In this document: piece after piece, positions 28,160 through 37,823 of the stretch | Layout of the letters: each line of letters starts with the position of its first letter | Position numbering within the stretch: position 1 is the first letter of the stretch | Assembly: GCA_964514975.1 (NCBI GenBank) | Contig: CAZESS010000003.1 | Location: forward strand, 68,407-132,406 | Direction of reading: 5' to 3' | Length of the DNA: 64,000 nucleotides | DNA from: an uncultured Thermoplasmatales archaeon | GTDB lineage: Archaea > Thermoplasmatota > E2 > UBA202 > DSCA01 | Position numbers and translations under genes: made by a program | The notes under the pieces: model-generated | Databases searched by the model: none | Told to the model about the DNA's origin: nothing | What the model saw: the letters and a program-made list of their open reading frames with translations, nothing else

Positions 28160-29004
28160 CGTTCTAGCACCGCTGCCAGAGGCGGCGCAGCGCTCACCAC
28201 GCTGAACTCGGATTCTATGGTGTCGGTGGCGACGATGTCGTCGCAGCCGGCATCCCTGATACGCTCGACGGCGCCCCCGGCGAAGAGGCCATGCGAACAC
28301 GCTGCATATATCTCGGTAGCCCCCTGTTTTTTCAGGTTCCGTATCGCCGCTGCCATCGTGCCGCCGGTCGAGATGATGTCGTCGACGATCAACACATGGC
28401 TACCGGCAACATCGAGCTTTTTGGGCTGCATTTCCACCTCGTCGCCGCTCAGGCGCGTTTTCTCAAGATGGTCATAGGGGCAGCCGATGGTGTCCGCGGC
28501 GAGGCGAGCGCGCTGCAGTGCCCCGTGGTCGGGGGCGAGCACCATGTCCGCCCGGCCGGTGAAATGCTCAGCGAGCTCGCTGACGGCGGTGACCACGTGC
28601 GCCCGGATGTCGAAAAACTCGGATATGTATTCCTTGTGCGGGTCAACCGTCGCCACCATGTCGGCGTCCTGCTCGATGAGTTCGGCGAGCTTGGCCGCGC
28701 TGACCGCCTCGCCCGGTTCGAACACCTGATCCTGCCGGCCATAGCCATAGTAGGGCACGACGACGCGGACGGTGTCGGCGCCCATACGGCGGGCGGCATC
28801 CTGCAGCAAAAACAGCTCGACGATGTTGCCATCGGGATGGGTGTTCTGCACGATGATGGCCTCGTCGAGCTCCTCATGCACGCGGACGTAGAGCTCGCCG
28901 TCGGGAAACCGCTTGACCGTGGTCTCTGCCAGGGGAACGTTGAGCGTGTCGGACAGCTCCCCTGCGAGATGCGGTGAAGAAGAACCAGCGATGATACGCT
29001 TCAT
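28156..29004 (-). CDS. prs: Ribose-phosphate pyrophosphokinase
   Basis: RFPDGELYVR, PYYGYGRQD, IVDDIISTGGT. Confidence 0.95.
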   Translation of the reverse strand: MKRIIAGSSSPHLAGELSDTLNVPLAETTVKRFPDGELYVRVHEELDEAIIVQNTHPDGNIVELFLLQDAARRMGADTVRVVVPYYGYGRQDQVFEPGEAVSAAKLAELIEQDADMVATVDPHKEYISEFFDIRAHVVTAVSELAEHFTGRADMVLAPDHGALQRARLAADTIGCPYDHLEKTRLSGDEVEMQPKKLDVAGSHVLIVDDIISTGGTMAAAIRNLKKQGATEIYAACSHGLFAGGAVERIRDAGCDDIVATDTIESEFSVVSAAPPLAAVLER

Positions 29005-29011
29005 AGCCCTG

Positions 29012-29320
29012 TTAACGGCTGCCGCCTTTTAAGTTTTTAATCGCCATCCGGGCCACCTCGATAAAGTTTTCCGGGGTCACACCGAGCATTTCCACATCGG
29101 CATTGGAAAAAAACGTGTCGACGGCGCCGGCTATCTCGCCGGGTGTCCTGCCCGTTAGATGGCATTCGAGAGTCGCCACGGCAGCGCCGGGCATCATGAA
29201 AAAATCGCCGGTGAACCGAATGCCGGCGATGACGCCGTCATCCAGCGTCAGCGTGCAGCGGATGAGCTTGCCCTGGCGGGGCTTGAGCTCAGCGCTGAAA
29301 CGTCCACTCGTCGCTGGCAT
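29012..29320 (-). CDS. lplB: Lipoate-protein ligase accessory C-terminal domain protein (LplB-like)
   Basis: GKLIR...IRFTGDFFM motif; directly downstream of lplA. Confidence 0.8.
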   Translation of the reverse strand: MPATSGRFSAELKPRQGKLIRCTLTLDDGVIAGIRFTGDFFMMPGAAVATLECHLTGRTPGEIAGAVDTFFSNADVEMLGVTPENFIEVARMAIKNLKGGSR

Positions 29321-30029
29321 ATTTCTCCCGCAGCCCGGGCAGTCGCTTTCGTTCATCGTCGGTGAGCGCTCCATCCTCCAAGGCAACAGAGAAGGTGTCC
29401 ATGAAGCCCCGGCGCAGCGCGGTGATGACGTCGTCACGGTCAATGTCGCCGAGGAGTGCGCTGAGCGAGGTCACCCTGGCGCTTGCCTCATCGATGCCCT
29501 TGCCGGCTATCTTTGTGTCTGAAACGCGGAGCAGCGTGAACATCAGCGCCACGTCAACATCCAGCAGGACGGTGCCATGCTGCAATACGTGGCCGCGCCG
29601 CCGTGTCTGTGCGCTCCCCGATATTTTTTGTCCGTTGACGACGACGTCGTTGAGCGGCACGAAGCGTGCGTCGACGCCGAGCTGCTGGAGCCCTACTGCG
29701 AGGGCGGTGCAGATACGTTTGCATGACTGCTGGACGTCATGCGGCAGCGCCTGCTCGGGCAACATGAGCGAGTAGGTGATCTCGCCCTGCCGGTCATGGT
29801 AGACGGCGCCGCCGCCGGAGATGCGCCGGACGACGTCGACGCCATGCTGCTGGCATGCCTCCAGGTCGACCTCCTCGTGGATGCCCTGGAAGTAGCCGAT
29901 GGACAGCGCCGATGGATGCCAGGTGTACAGCCGGAGGGTCGGCGTGCCCGAGATGAGCAACGACTCGTCGATGGCCATGTTTGTTGGCGCATCCGCGGCG
30001 TCGTGGATGATACATCGCCATGTGTCCAT
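29289..30029 (-). CDS. lplA: Lipoate-protein ligase A, catalytic domain
   Basis: NMAIDE, SIGYFQ, RRISGGGAVYHD, KISGSAQ, QHGT. Confidence 0.92.
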   Translation of the reverse strand: MDTWRCIIHDAADAPTNMAIDESLLISGTPTLRLYTWHPSALSIGYFQGIHEEVDLEACQQHGVDVVRRISGGGAVYHDRQGEITYSLMLPEQALPHDVQQSCKRICTALAVGLQQLGVDARFVPLNDVVVNGQKISGSAQTRRRGHVLQHGTVLLDVDVALMFTLLRVSDTKIAGKGIDEASARVTSLSALLGDIDRDDVITALRRGFMDTFSVALEDGALTDDERKRLPGLREKYASDEWTFQR

Positions 30030-30099
30030 GGGAGGCTAATGGAACGGGGATAAAAAGCGTTGTCGATATGTTTAAATAGCATCGCTGTTTCGCCGTGGC

Positions 30100-31020
30100 A
30101 TGGGTCAGGCCATCGAGGTAGAGCATCTGACGAAGAGCTATGGAAATGTCACGGCGGTCGACGACATCTCGTTCACCGTCGAGGCGGGAGACGTGTTTGC
30201 GTTTCTGGGGCCCAACGGCGCAGGGAAGACGACGACGGTGGAGATCATCGAGATGATTCGCAGCGCCGACGAGGGCACCGTGAGGGTGCTCGGCCGCGAC
30301 ATACACGGGCAGCCGGCGGCCATCAAGGAAGACATCGGCGTTTTACCGCAGGAGTTCCAGTCGTTCGAGCGGCTCACCGTCCGGGAGACCATCACGTATT
30401 TTGCCCGGCTCTACCGCCGGCATGCGGACATAGACCGCATCATCGACCTCATGGACCTCCACGACAAGGAAAACGACCTGTACCGCACCCTGTCCGGGGG
30501 ACTGAAGCAGCGCGTCGGCGTTGGCATCGCCCTGGTCAACGACCCCGACATCGTGTTTCTCGACGAGCCAACGATGGGGCTCGACCCAAAGGCGCGGCGT
30601 GACGTCTGGAACGCTATCGCCGGGCTGCGCGAAGAGGGCAAGACCGTGTTTCTGACGACGCATTACATGGAGGAGGCCGAATATCTTGCGGACCACATCG
30701 CCATCATCCACCGCGGCCGCATCGTCGCCGAGGGTTCGCTCGACGAGCTCATCCAGCAGTATGGCGGCAAAAGCGTACTGTCCATCAGGGGCACCAGGAC
30801 GGACGAGGTCATGGCGGCGCTCCAGCGCAAGGGCTACGACACCAAGGCAAAGAACAGCACCGTCGAGGTGAAAATCGATAAGAAAGATGCGGTCATCGAC
30901 ATCCTGTTTCATCTCCGGGAGCAGGGGCTCTATTACCGCGAGGTGGACATCAAGCATTCAGATCTAGAGAACGTGTTCCTTAACATAACCGGGACGTCGC
31001 TCGGGGAGGAAGACCTATGA
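30100..31020 (+). CDS. ABC exporter ATP-binding protein
   Basis: Walker A, LSGGLKQR, DEPTMGLDP, TTHYMEEA. Confidence 0.92.
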   Translation: MGQAIEVEHLTKSYGNVTAVDDISFTVEAGDVFAFLGPNGAGKTTTVEIIEMIRSADEGTVRVLGRDIHGQPAAIKEDIGVLPQEFQSFERLTVRETITYFARLYRRHADIDRIIDLMDLHDKENDLYRTLSGGLKQRVGVGIALVNDPDIVFLDEPTMGLDPKARRDVWNAIAGLREEGKTVFLTTHYMEEAEYLADHIAIIHRGRIVAEGSLDELIQQYGGKSVLSIRGTRTDEVMAALQRKGYDTKAKNSTVEVKIDKKDAVIDILFHLREQGLYYREVDIKHSDLENVFLNITGTSLGEEDL

Positions 31021-32207
31021 AACCACGTATCGTCGCCACCGACTTTACGGCAACAATGAAATCGTTTTTCCGCAACAAGGGAACACTGTTTTTTTCGTTC
31101 GCATTTCCCGTGATCCTCATTTTGCTATTTGGCGCCATCTTTTCCGGCGGCGGGACGGGCTCCTATGACCTCTACGTCGCCAACTATGACTACGCCAACG
31201 GCGAGCTCAACGAAACCATGCGGCAGTACTGCCCGTTTCCCATGCCCGAGAACGAGAGCAACGTGTATGATGCGCTGTACATGCAGCTCGAAGACACAGG
31301 TGTCATCGACGTTAAAACCATCAATGCCAGCGAGTATCCACGCAGCGAACTCCGCGGCCGCGTTGAGGACGAAAAAATCAAGTCGGTCATGGTCATCCCT
31401 GACGGGTTCTGCCCGTCGCTGGTATGGGCGATGCAGACCGGCAATCCGAACGCAACGCGGAACATGACGCTCATGCTCGACCAGGGGGAGCAGCAGCGGA
31501 ACGGCGTCATCATGTCCGTCGTGCAACAGTTCATGGGGCAGGCAAACCTGGGTATCGCCGGCGGCGGCAGCTACCTCCGCTACAACACGACCAACATCGT
31601 GCAGGAGGAATTCAAGTACATCGACTTTTTCCTGCCCGGTGTCATCGCGCTGACCGTGATGACCAACAGCATTTTCGGCATCGTGGAGACCAACATCCGG
31701 CTGCGGAAGCGCGGCATCCTCCGCAAGCTGTCGACGACGCCGTTCACCCGGAGCGAATGGCTGCTCTCCAAGATGCTGTACATGCTCTTCATCGCGTTTC
31801 TGTCCACCGCCGTTATCACGGTGGTCGGCGCCCTGGTCTGGGATATCTCGTTCAGGCTCAACGCCTACATGTTCATCCTCATCATCTCGGGCAGCTTCGC
31901 CTTCGCGGGCATCGGCATGATACTCAGCCGCTTCGTCCACGACGAGGAAACGGCACCTGCCGCTGCGAATGCGGTCACATTTCCCATGATGTTCCTCGCC
32001 GGCATCTTTTTCCCGCTTGAACAGATGCCCCAGTTTCTGCAGGTCATCGCCCACTATCTACCGCTTTACTATCTCGGGGAGGGACTGCGCGATGCGATGA
32101 TCTATGGCAACATGGACAGCGCGCTGTTCAACACCGAGGTCGTCTTTGTCTTTGCAGCCATCGTGTTCGCCATCGGTGTCGCCATCACCACCTGGAAGGA
32201 AGAATAA
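31017..32207 (+). CDS. ABC-2 type permease with extracellular domain
   Basis: YIDFFLPG, LRKLSTTP, FLAGIFFP, LPLYY. Confidence 0.9.
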   Translation: MKPRIVATDFTATMKSFFRNKGTLFFSFAFPVILILLFGAIFSGGGTGSYDLYVANYDYANGELNETMRQYCPFPMPENESNVYDALYMQLEDTGVIDVKTINASEYPRSELRGRVEDEKIKSVMVIPDGFCPSLVWAMQTGNPNATRNMTLMLDQGEQQRNGVIMSVVQQFMGQANLGIAGGGSYLRYNTTNIVQEEFKYIDFFLPGVIALTVMTNSIFGIVETNIRLRKRGILRKLSTTPFTRSEWLLSKMLYMLFIAFLSTAVITVVGALVWDISFRLNAYMFILIISGSFAFAGIGMILSRFVHDEETAPAAANAVTFPMMFLAGIFFPLEQMPQFLQVIAHYLPLYYLGEGLRDAMIYGNMDSALFNTEVVFVFAAIVFAIGVAITTWKEE

Positions 32208-32208
32208 A

Positions 32209-32667
32209 CTACTTCACGGCGGGGTGCACCTGCCGGAGCAGCGTCTTTACATCCTTGACCGGCAGCGAGGTGAACGAATAGGCGGCCTTTCCGCCGGCCC
32301 ATTTGATAGTCAGCTTGTGGGGATACCGGCGCTCCAGGTCATGGGTTCCCTGCTTGACCTTCATCTTGGTTATCTGGCCTGTCGGTATCAAAACGTTGCC
32401 AGGGGTCTCCGCCAGAATGTCGGCGGGATGCATGTCATGGTAGCGCTCATGCAGCGAGTGCCCTGACGTCATGGTTGCCAGCGTGCGCTTCAGCATTCCT
32501 TCGTTTTTGGTTTCCTCACGCACCTTTGCGGCGTGCTCGCGCATCATTTCTTTGGTTATCCGGGCGACGATGATGCCGTCGGTGGTGACCACCAGGTTGT
32601 ATGCCTTGGTGCCCAAAAAGCCGCTTGTGACGTTGGGGATAATTCCGATAACTGATGGCTGATGCAT
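32209..32667 (-). CDS. Hypothetical protein (possible PH-like fold)
   Basis: Clean ORF with coding-like composition; YNLVVTTDGIIVAR beta pattern. Confidence 0.65.
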   Translation of the reverse strand: MHQPSVIGIIPNVTSGFLGTKAYNLVVTTDGIIVARITKEMMREHAAKVREETKNEGMLKRTLATMTSGHSLHERYHDMHPADILAETPGNVLIPTGQITKMKVKQGTHDLERRYPHKLTIKWAGGKAAYSFTSLPVKDVKTLLRQVHPAVK

Positions 32668-32703
32668 GCCCCCTCATCGGCGAGTCATATTTAAAAACGT
32701 TGT

Positions 32704-33228
32704 TCAGGAGCCCTCTTTTTTCTCCCTTTTTTCGGCTTCCTCCTCCACCTTCTTCCGGGCTTTCTCTGCCGCCTTCTCGGCCTTCTTGCGGGCCTTGACC
32801 GCCTCCTTGGCAGCCTTCTTTTTCGCCTTGGCGAGCGCCTTCGCCTCCTTTTTGCGGGCCTTGGCCAGTGCCTCTGCCTCGGTCTGCCGGGTCTCCGCCT
32901 CGAGCTCAGCCTGCTGCTGCTCGGATGCTGCGGCAATGCGCTCCCGTTCCACGTCGGCTCGAATGCGCTCCTGCTCCACCGCGTCGGAGGTGGCCTCCTC
33001 GGCCTCAAGTCCCTTACGGTAGCGATAGGTGTAAAACAGCGCGACGAGCGTGTATACCAGCAGACCGACGCCGATGGGAAGAAAAATCCGGTCGTCGACG
33101 TCGACGTCGGAAATCTCCAGGAAGATACGGAGCGCCAGCAGCAGGGACAGCATGATGCTGCCCGCCCAGGCATGGTGATGGAATCGGTGATACCGCCGTT
33201 TATATTCCCGCCGGTCTTCCGTTGTCAT
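32704..33228 (-). CDS. Hypothetical 2-TM membrane protein with K/E/A-rich coiled-coil tail
   Basis: Two hydrophobic segments followed by AKARKKEAKALAKAKKK-type repeats; starts 3 nt after the EF-2 stop. Confidence 0.75.
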   Translation of the reverse strand: MTTEDRREYKRRYHRFHHHAWAGSIMLSLLLALRIFLEISDVDVDDRIFLPIGVGLLVYTLVALFYTYRYRKGLEAEEATSDAVEQERIRADVERERIAAASEQQQAELEAETRQTEAEALAKARKKEAKALAKAKKKAAKEAVKARKKAEKAAEKARKKVEEEAEKREKKEGS

Positions 33229-33231
33229 GGC

Positions 33232-35430
33232 TTAGTCCAGGTAGTGCTCCGGCCCCCATGGCTCGGGTTTCATGCCCTTGCGCTCCCGTATCTTGCGGGT
33301 GACCTCGTCCTGCAGGTTTTTCGGCAATGGCTCGAAGCCCATGTTTTCGGTGTTCCAGAGCACGCGTCCGCCCGTCGCGGAGCGTATCGCCGATGCGAAG
33401 CCGAACATCTCCGCCACCGGTGCCTTGCCGTCGATGATGGTCATGTCCTCCCGGGTTTTCATGTCCAGGATGGTCGCGCGGCGCTGCTGCAGTTCCTTGC
33501 TCACCTCGCCCATAAGGTCGTGCGGGACCTCGATATAGACCTTCTGCATCGGTTCAAGGAGCTTGGTGCCGGCGGCGGTCATGGCACCGTAGATGGCGTT
33601 CCGCATGGCCGGGATGACCTGTGCCGGGCCGCGATGGATTGCATCCTCGTGGAGCTTCGCATCCAGCAGGCGAACCTTGACACCCATGACGGGCTCGTTT
33701 GCCTGCGGGCCGCCCTTCATGACCTCCTCGAAGGCGTCCTTGACGAGTTCCCGTATCTCGTAGAGATGCTGGATACCCTTGGAGACGTTGGTCAGGATGT
33801 TCTGCCCGGCCAGCATCATGGCACCCTTGGCCTCGTCCTTGTCCATGCCCTGCTCATGCAGTATCTTGGCCGCCTCCTTGCTGTGCTTCTTGACGTTCTC
33901 CGGGACCTCACCCTCCTTGAGCGCCTTCTGCACTCCTTCCTCGAGGGGTTCAATCTCGACGAACAGCTGATTGTGCTTGTTGGGCGACTTGCCCATGAAC
34001 TTGGGTGACGCACTGTCAACGGTCTCCCGGTAGATGACCGTGGGCTCCGACGTCACGATGTCGACCTTGTGGTCATGGATGAGACGGTGCTCGGTGACCT
34101 CCAGATGCAGTTCGCCCATGCCGCTCATCAGGTATTCGCCGGATTCCTCGTCGATGTTCACCACGATAGACGGGTCGCTTTTCGAGGTGCTCCGCAGGGC
34201 CTTCACCAGCTTCGGCAGGTCAGAGGGACGCTTGGCCTCCACCTTGACCGTTACCACGGGCTCAGAGATGTGCTTGATCTGCTCGAACGCCTCCATGTCC
34301 TCCTCGCTCGTGACGGTCGACCCGGCGATGGCGTCGCGCAGGCCCGTGATAGCCACGATGTTTCCGGCCTCGACCTCCTGCACCGGGATGCGGTCGTTGC
34401 CCACCATGATGGCCACCTGCTGCGTCCGGTATTTCTTGGGCATACCGCTGATGTACACCTCCTGGCCATCATGGATGGTGCCGCCGTAGACGCGGCCGAA
34501 GGCCACCTCGCCGGCATGGGGATCCATGATAATCTTGGTGATCATGATGGCCAACGGTCCGTCGGAATCACATTTAAGCATGGTCTGCCCCACCTTGGAC
34601 TCCGGGTCCCCTTTCCAGATAACGGGGATACGATACTTCTGCGCCACATCCGGATTGGGCAGATGGTCGATGACCATGTCCAACGCTACTTCATGGATGG
34701 GCAGCTGCTTGGCCAGCTTTTTCTCCTCGCCGTTTTTGCAGTACTCGTAGATGTCCTTGAACGTGATACCCGTCTTCTCCATGTAGGGCTTCGAAATCGC
34801 CCAGTTGTGCAGCGAGCTGCCAAAGATGACGCTGCCGTCCTCCACGCTGACCTTCCAGTTTTCCTCTTCATAAAGCTCGGGCGCCAGTTTCTTGATGCGG
34901 TCGTTGACCTCGTTGATGATGTTCACGAACTGGGCCTGCATCTCGTCGAAATCCATCTTCAGCTCGTTGATGAGCCGGTCGACCTTGTTAACCAGCAGCA
35001 CCGGCTGCACCTTCTCCCGCAGCGCCTGTCGCAGCACCGTCTCAGTCTGCGGCATCACGCCCTCCACGGCGCAGACCACCACGATGCCGCCGTCGACGGC
35101 ACGCATCGCCCGGGTAACGTCGCCGCCAAAGTCGACATGGCCGGGGGTATCGATCAGGTTTACCAGATACTCGTCGCCTTCAAACTCATGCACCATCGAC
35201 GCCGACGCGGAATTAATGGTAATGCCGCGGTCCTGCTCCTGCTCATCGAAATCCAGGGCAAGCTGCTCGCCGGCCAGCTCCTCCGATATCATGCCGCAGC
35301 CCGCCAGCAAATTGTCGGAAAACGTCGTCTTGCCATGGTCGATATGCGCGATAACACCGATGTTCCGTATCCTGTCCAGCTTCCTGCGCAGCCTGTGCGC
35401 CTTCTTGACATTTTCTTCCTTACGTCCCAT
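33232..35430 (-). CDS. fusA: Elongation factor 2 (archaeal)
   Basis: AHIDHGKTT, RGITI, DTPGH, NKVD, diphthamide motif LHEDAIHRG. Confidence 0.98.
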   Translation of the reverse strand: MGRKEENVKKAHRLRRKLDRIRNIGVIAHIDHGKTTFSDNLLAGCGMISEELAGEQLALDFDEQEQDRGITINSASASMVHEFEGDEYLVNLIDTPGHVDFGGDVTRAMRAVDGGIVVVCAVEGVMPQTETVLRQALREKVQPVLLVNKVDRLINELKMDFDEMQAQFVNIINEVNDRIKKLAPELYEEENWKVSVEDGSVIFGSSLHNWAISKPYMEKTGITFKDIYEYCKNGEEKKLAKQLPIHEVALDMVIDHLPNPDVAQKYRIPVIWKGDPESKVGQTMLKCDSDGPLAIMITKIIMDPHAGEVAFGRVYGGTIHDGQEVYISGMPKKYRTQQVAIMVGNDRIPVQEVEAGNIVAITGLRDAIAGSTVTSEEDMEAFEQIKHISEPVVTVKVEAKRPSDLPKLVKALRSTSKSDPSIVVNIDEESGEYLMSGMGELHLEVTEHRLIHDHKVDIVTSEPTVIYRETVDSASPKFMGKSPNKHNQLFVEIEPLEEGVQKALKEGEVPENVKKHSKEAAKILHEQGMDKDEAKGAMMLAGQNILTNVSKGIQHLYEIRELVKDAFEEVMKGGPQANEPVMGVKVRLLDAKLHEDAIHRGPAQVIPAMRNAIYGAMTAAGTKLLEPMQKVYIEVPHDLMGEVSKELQQRRATILDMKTREDMTIIDGKAPVAEMFGFASAIRSATGGRVLWNTENMGFEPLPKNLQDEVTRKIRERKGMKPEPWGPEHYLD

Positions 35431-35435
35431 TTATC

Positions 35436-36008
35436 TCACCGTGCACTCTTAGCAATCCGTTCTTTTTCCACTTTCTTGTTCACCGCGAACGACGACGGGT
35501 CATCGTTCGATGCCTTCATGATCTCGTCAGCGAGCGCCTCCTCGACGCTCCGCTTGCTTCCCGACGACGTGCTGATGGCACCTTTGCCAAGGTTGCGCAG
35601 CGCGATGTCCAGCCGGCGCAATGGAGCGGTGTCAACGGCCTGCGGCACATAGATGCCGGACAGAAACAGGCGGGTTGCCTCCTCCCGCGGCGCCGAGTTC
35701 TCGATGGCTCGCACCAGCACCTGCATCGGATTCTCGTCGGTCTTTTTGTGAATGATCTCGAATGCGTCCTTGGCCACGGTGATGGCCTTCATCTTCTTGC
35801 CCGTGTAGGGGCCCGTCCTCATGAGATTGTTGATGAGACGCTCGATGATGGAAAGATTCGCCTTCTTGAACCGGCGGTTCGCGTGCCGGGCATGCTGATG
35901 TATCTGCCTCGAATCGAGATTCATGTACCGGGCCAGTCCCCTGTCCTCGATGACGATGTCATCCACATCATACTTCCCAAACAAGGGAGGGATTTTTTTC
36001 TCAGTCAT
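35436..36008 (-). CDS. rps7: 30S ribosomal protein S7
   Basis: IIERLINNLMR, AIENSAPREE, EKERIAKSAR. Confidence 0.96.
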   Translation of the reverse strand: MTEKKIPPLFGKYDVDDIVIEDRGLARYMNLDSRQIHQHARHANRRFKKANLSIIERLINNLMRTGPYTGKKMKAITVAKDAFEIIHKKTDENPMQVLVRAIENSAPREEATRLFLSGIYVPQAVDTAPLRRLDIALRNLGKGAISTSSGSKRSVEEALADEIMKASNDDPSSFAVNKKVEKERIAKSAR

Positions 36009-36012
36009 GATA

Positions 36013-36441
36013 TCAGCGCACCGGTTTCTCCACTTTGCCCCGCACCAGTTCCTTGAGGGACACGTTGTTGACCTTGATAACCTTGAAACGGACGCCGGGG
36101 ATGTCACCATATGATTTCCCCATCGCACCGCCGATACCCTCGATGAGCACCTCGTCGTGCTCGTCGATAAACGTGATCGCCCGGTCACCGGGCACGAACG
36201 CCGTCACCATCCGGCCGTTCTTGATGAGCTGCACCCTGACACATTTCCGGATAGCCGAGTTCGGCTGCTTCGCCTCGATGCCCACCTTCTCGATGACGAT
36301 GCCGCGTCCCTGCGGAGCGCCCTCAAGCGGGTCGGTCCGCTTTTTCAGGTTCAGCGCGCGGCGTTTGTACTGCATATCCGACCAGCGGAATTTCTGGCGG
36401 TCTCGCTTGAGCTTCCGAGCTGCGTTCATTCCTTTGCCCAT
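36013..36441 (-). CDS. rps12: 30S ribosomal protein S12
   Basis: [26 protein letters not shown]. Confidence 0.98.
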   Translation of the reverse strand: MGKGMNAARKLKRDRQKFRWSDMQYKRRALNLKKRTDPLEGAPQGRGIVIEKVGIEAKQPNSAIRKCVRVQLIKNGRMVTAFVPGDRAITFIDEHDEVLIEGIGGAMGKSYGDIPGVRFKVIKVNNVSLKELVRGKVEKPVR

Positions 36442-36574
36442 GATTTCACCAATTTGTTCGCTAATATACTCCTCATATTTAATCATAACGGGTATGATCA
36501 CGGAGCAGCGCAGGTAGCAATGCACAACCCACATTTATAAATTGCTGTCCCCATTTGGTCGACGAGGCAGGACA

Positions 36575-37222
36575 ATGAAACAGTTCACCCTGATGGACGG
36601 AGCGATACAGGCCACCGCACATCTTGCCACGCCCGACAGATGGGTCATCTGCTCCCACGGCCTCTATTCCAGCATGGCCAGCGACAAATATGTCCAGCTG
36701 GCCGGGATGGCAAACGAGCGCGGCATATCATTGCTCCGGTTCAACCACCGGGGCTGCGGCAATAGCGACGGCGACTTTGCCGAATCAACGTTAACCAGGC
36801 GGGTCGAGGACATGCGAGCCGCCATCGAATGGGTACGGGAGACACATGGCGGGGGCATCGCGCTGTTCGGCTCCTCATTCGGCGGCATGGTCTCCATCCT
36901 CGCGGCAGATAGCGACATCCGGACGCTGGCGCTCATGTCGACGCCGTATAAAATCGAGGGGGACCTGGGGCTTGACGAGGCATTCGTGGAGGACCTGGAA
37001 CGCTACAATCTGCTCGAGGGCATTGCGACGGCGCCGCCGGTGCTCATCATGCACGGCCGCACCGATGGGCTGGTGCCCGTCGAGCACGCCAGAGCGCTGC
37101 ATGACCATGCACCGGCGGAGAATAAACTCGTGCTGTTCGATGCTGACCATCGTTTTTCGGATGGCGAGGTGCGCACGCGGGCGCTCGAGATGGCGCTCGA
37201 CTGGATTACCGCATATTTTTAG
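36575..37222 (+). CDS. Alpha/beta hydrolase
   Basis: CSHG, RGCGNSDG, GSSFGG, HGRTD, ADH. Confidence 0.88.
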   Translation: MKQFTLMDGAIQATAHLATPDRWVICSHGLYSSMASDKYVQLAGMANERGISLLRFNHRGCGNSDGDFAESTLTRRVEDMRAAIEWVRETHGGGIALFGSSFGGMVSILAADSDIRTLALMSTPYKIEGDLGLDEAFVEDLERYNLLEGIATAPPVLIMHGRTDGLVPVEHARALHDHAPAENKLVLFDADHRFSDGEVRTRALEMALDWITAYF

Positions 37223-37434
37223 GGAAGACGGCGTTTTCTGAGGTCGGTGACCGTCCGGCGGTCGAGCATGACGATGGCGTAGTCGATGAGCGTTTTGAGC
37301 GATGACGCAAACAGGCCGACGATGAGACCGAAGATTTGGCCGCCCATGAGCTGCCATATGATTTCTCCGATGACAGCGGGGAGTATCCAGACGGGGAGCA
37401 TTATTTTCCAGCGTGGATGCAGATGGATTTTCAT
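37219..37434 (-). CDS. Small hypothetical membrane protein (start uncertain)
   Basis: Two hydrophobic stretches; alternative upstream ATGs exist. Confidence 0.45.
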   Translation of the reverse strand: MKIHLHPRWKIMLPVWILPAVIGEIIWQLMGGQIFGLIVGLFASSLKTLIDYAIVMLDRRTVTDLRKRRLP

Positions 37435-37621
37435 GCTGGTCCATCTGATGTCAGCCCGCCATACGTTGTATTTTCTGCGCATCGTCCTCCATCGGTTTTT
37501 CATGGACAATGATGTTAAATATATAAAAAAATTCCGGTTTGTTTGTGCCGCATACCGTGCAGACATCGGGCAAACGGTTGCTATCAAAACGCCGGGTAAT
37601 TATATGTCCCGATGGCGTGAC

Positions 37622-37629
37622 CAAAAAAG
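37622..37629 (-). terminator. Oligo-T terminator after tRNA-Cys
   Basis: CTTTTTTG on the minus strand immediately 3' of the tRNA. Confidence 0.6.
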
Positions 37630-37700
37630 AGGGCGGGGCGGGAGTTGAACCCGCGTATGCGGATCTGCAGTCCGCCACCTCGCCTCTAGGTTACCCGCCC
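37630..37700 (-). tRNA. tRNA-Cys (GCA), intronless, CCA not encoded
   Basis: Cloverleaf: acceptor GGGCGGG/CCCGCCC, D stem ACCT/AGGT, anticodon arm GCGGA-CTGCAGA-TCCGC, T arm GCGGG-TTCAACT-CCCGC, U discriminator. Confidence 0.96.
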
Positions 37701-37823
37701 AGATGGGTCATGCAGGATAACATGGCGCACCAGTTTTTAACGTTTTGCCGTCCGATGAGCGGCAACCTTTTTTAGCTCCGGGGACATGCCATGTGAATGC
37801 CATCGACCGCGAGCGATGCCGAC

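Noticed and set aside
29012-30029. Split lipoate ligase as a frameshift or novelty
   Set aside because: Bipartite LplA/LplB is established in Thermoplasma acidophilum.
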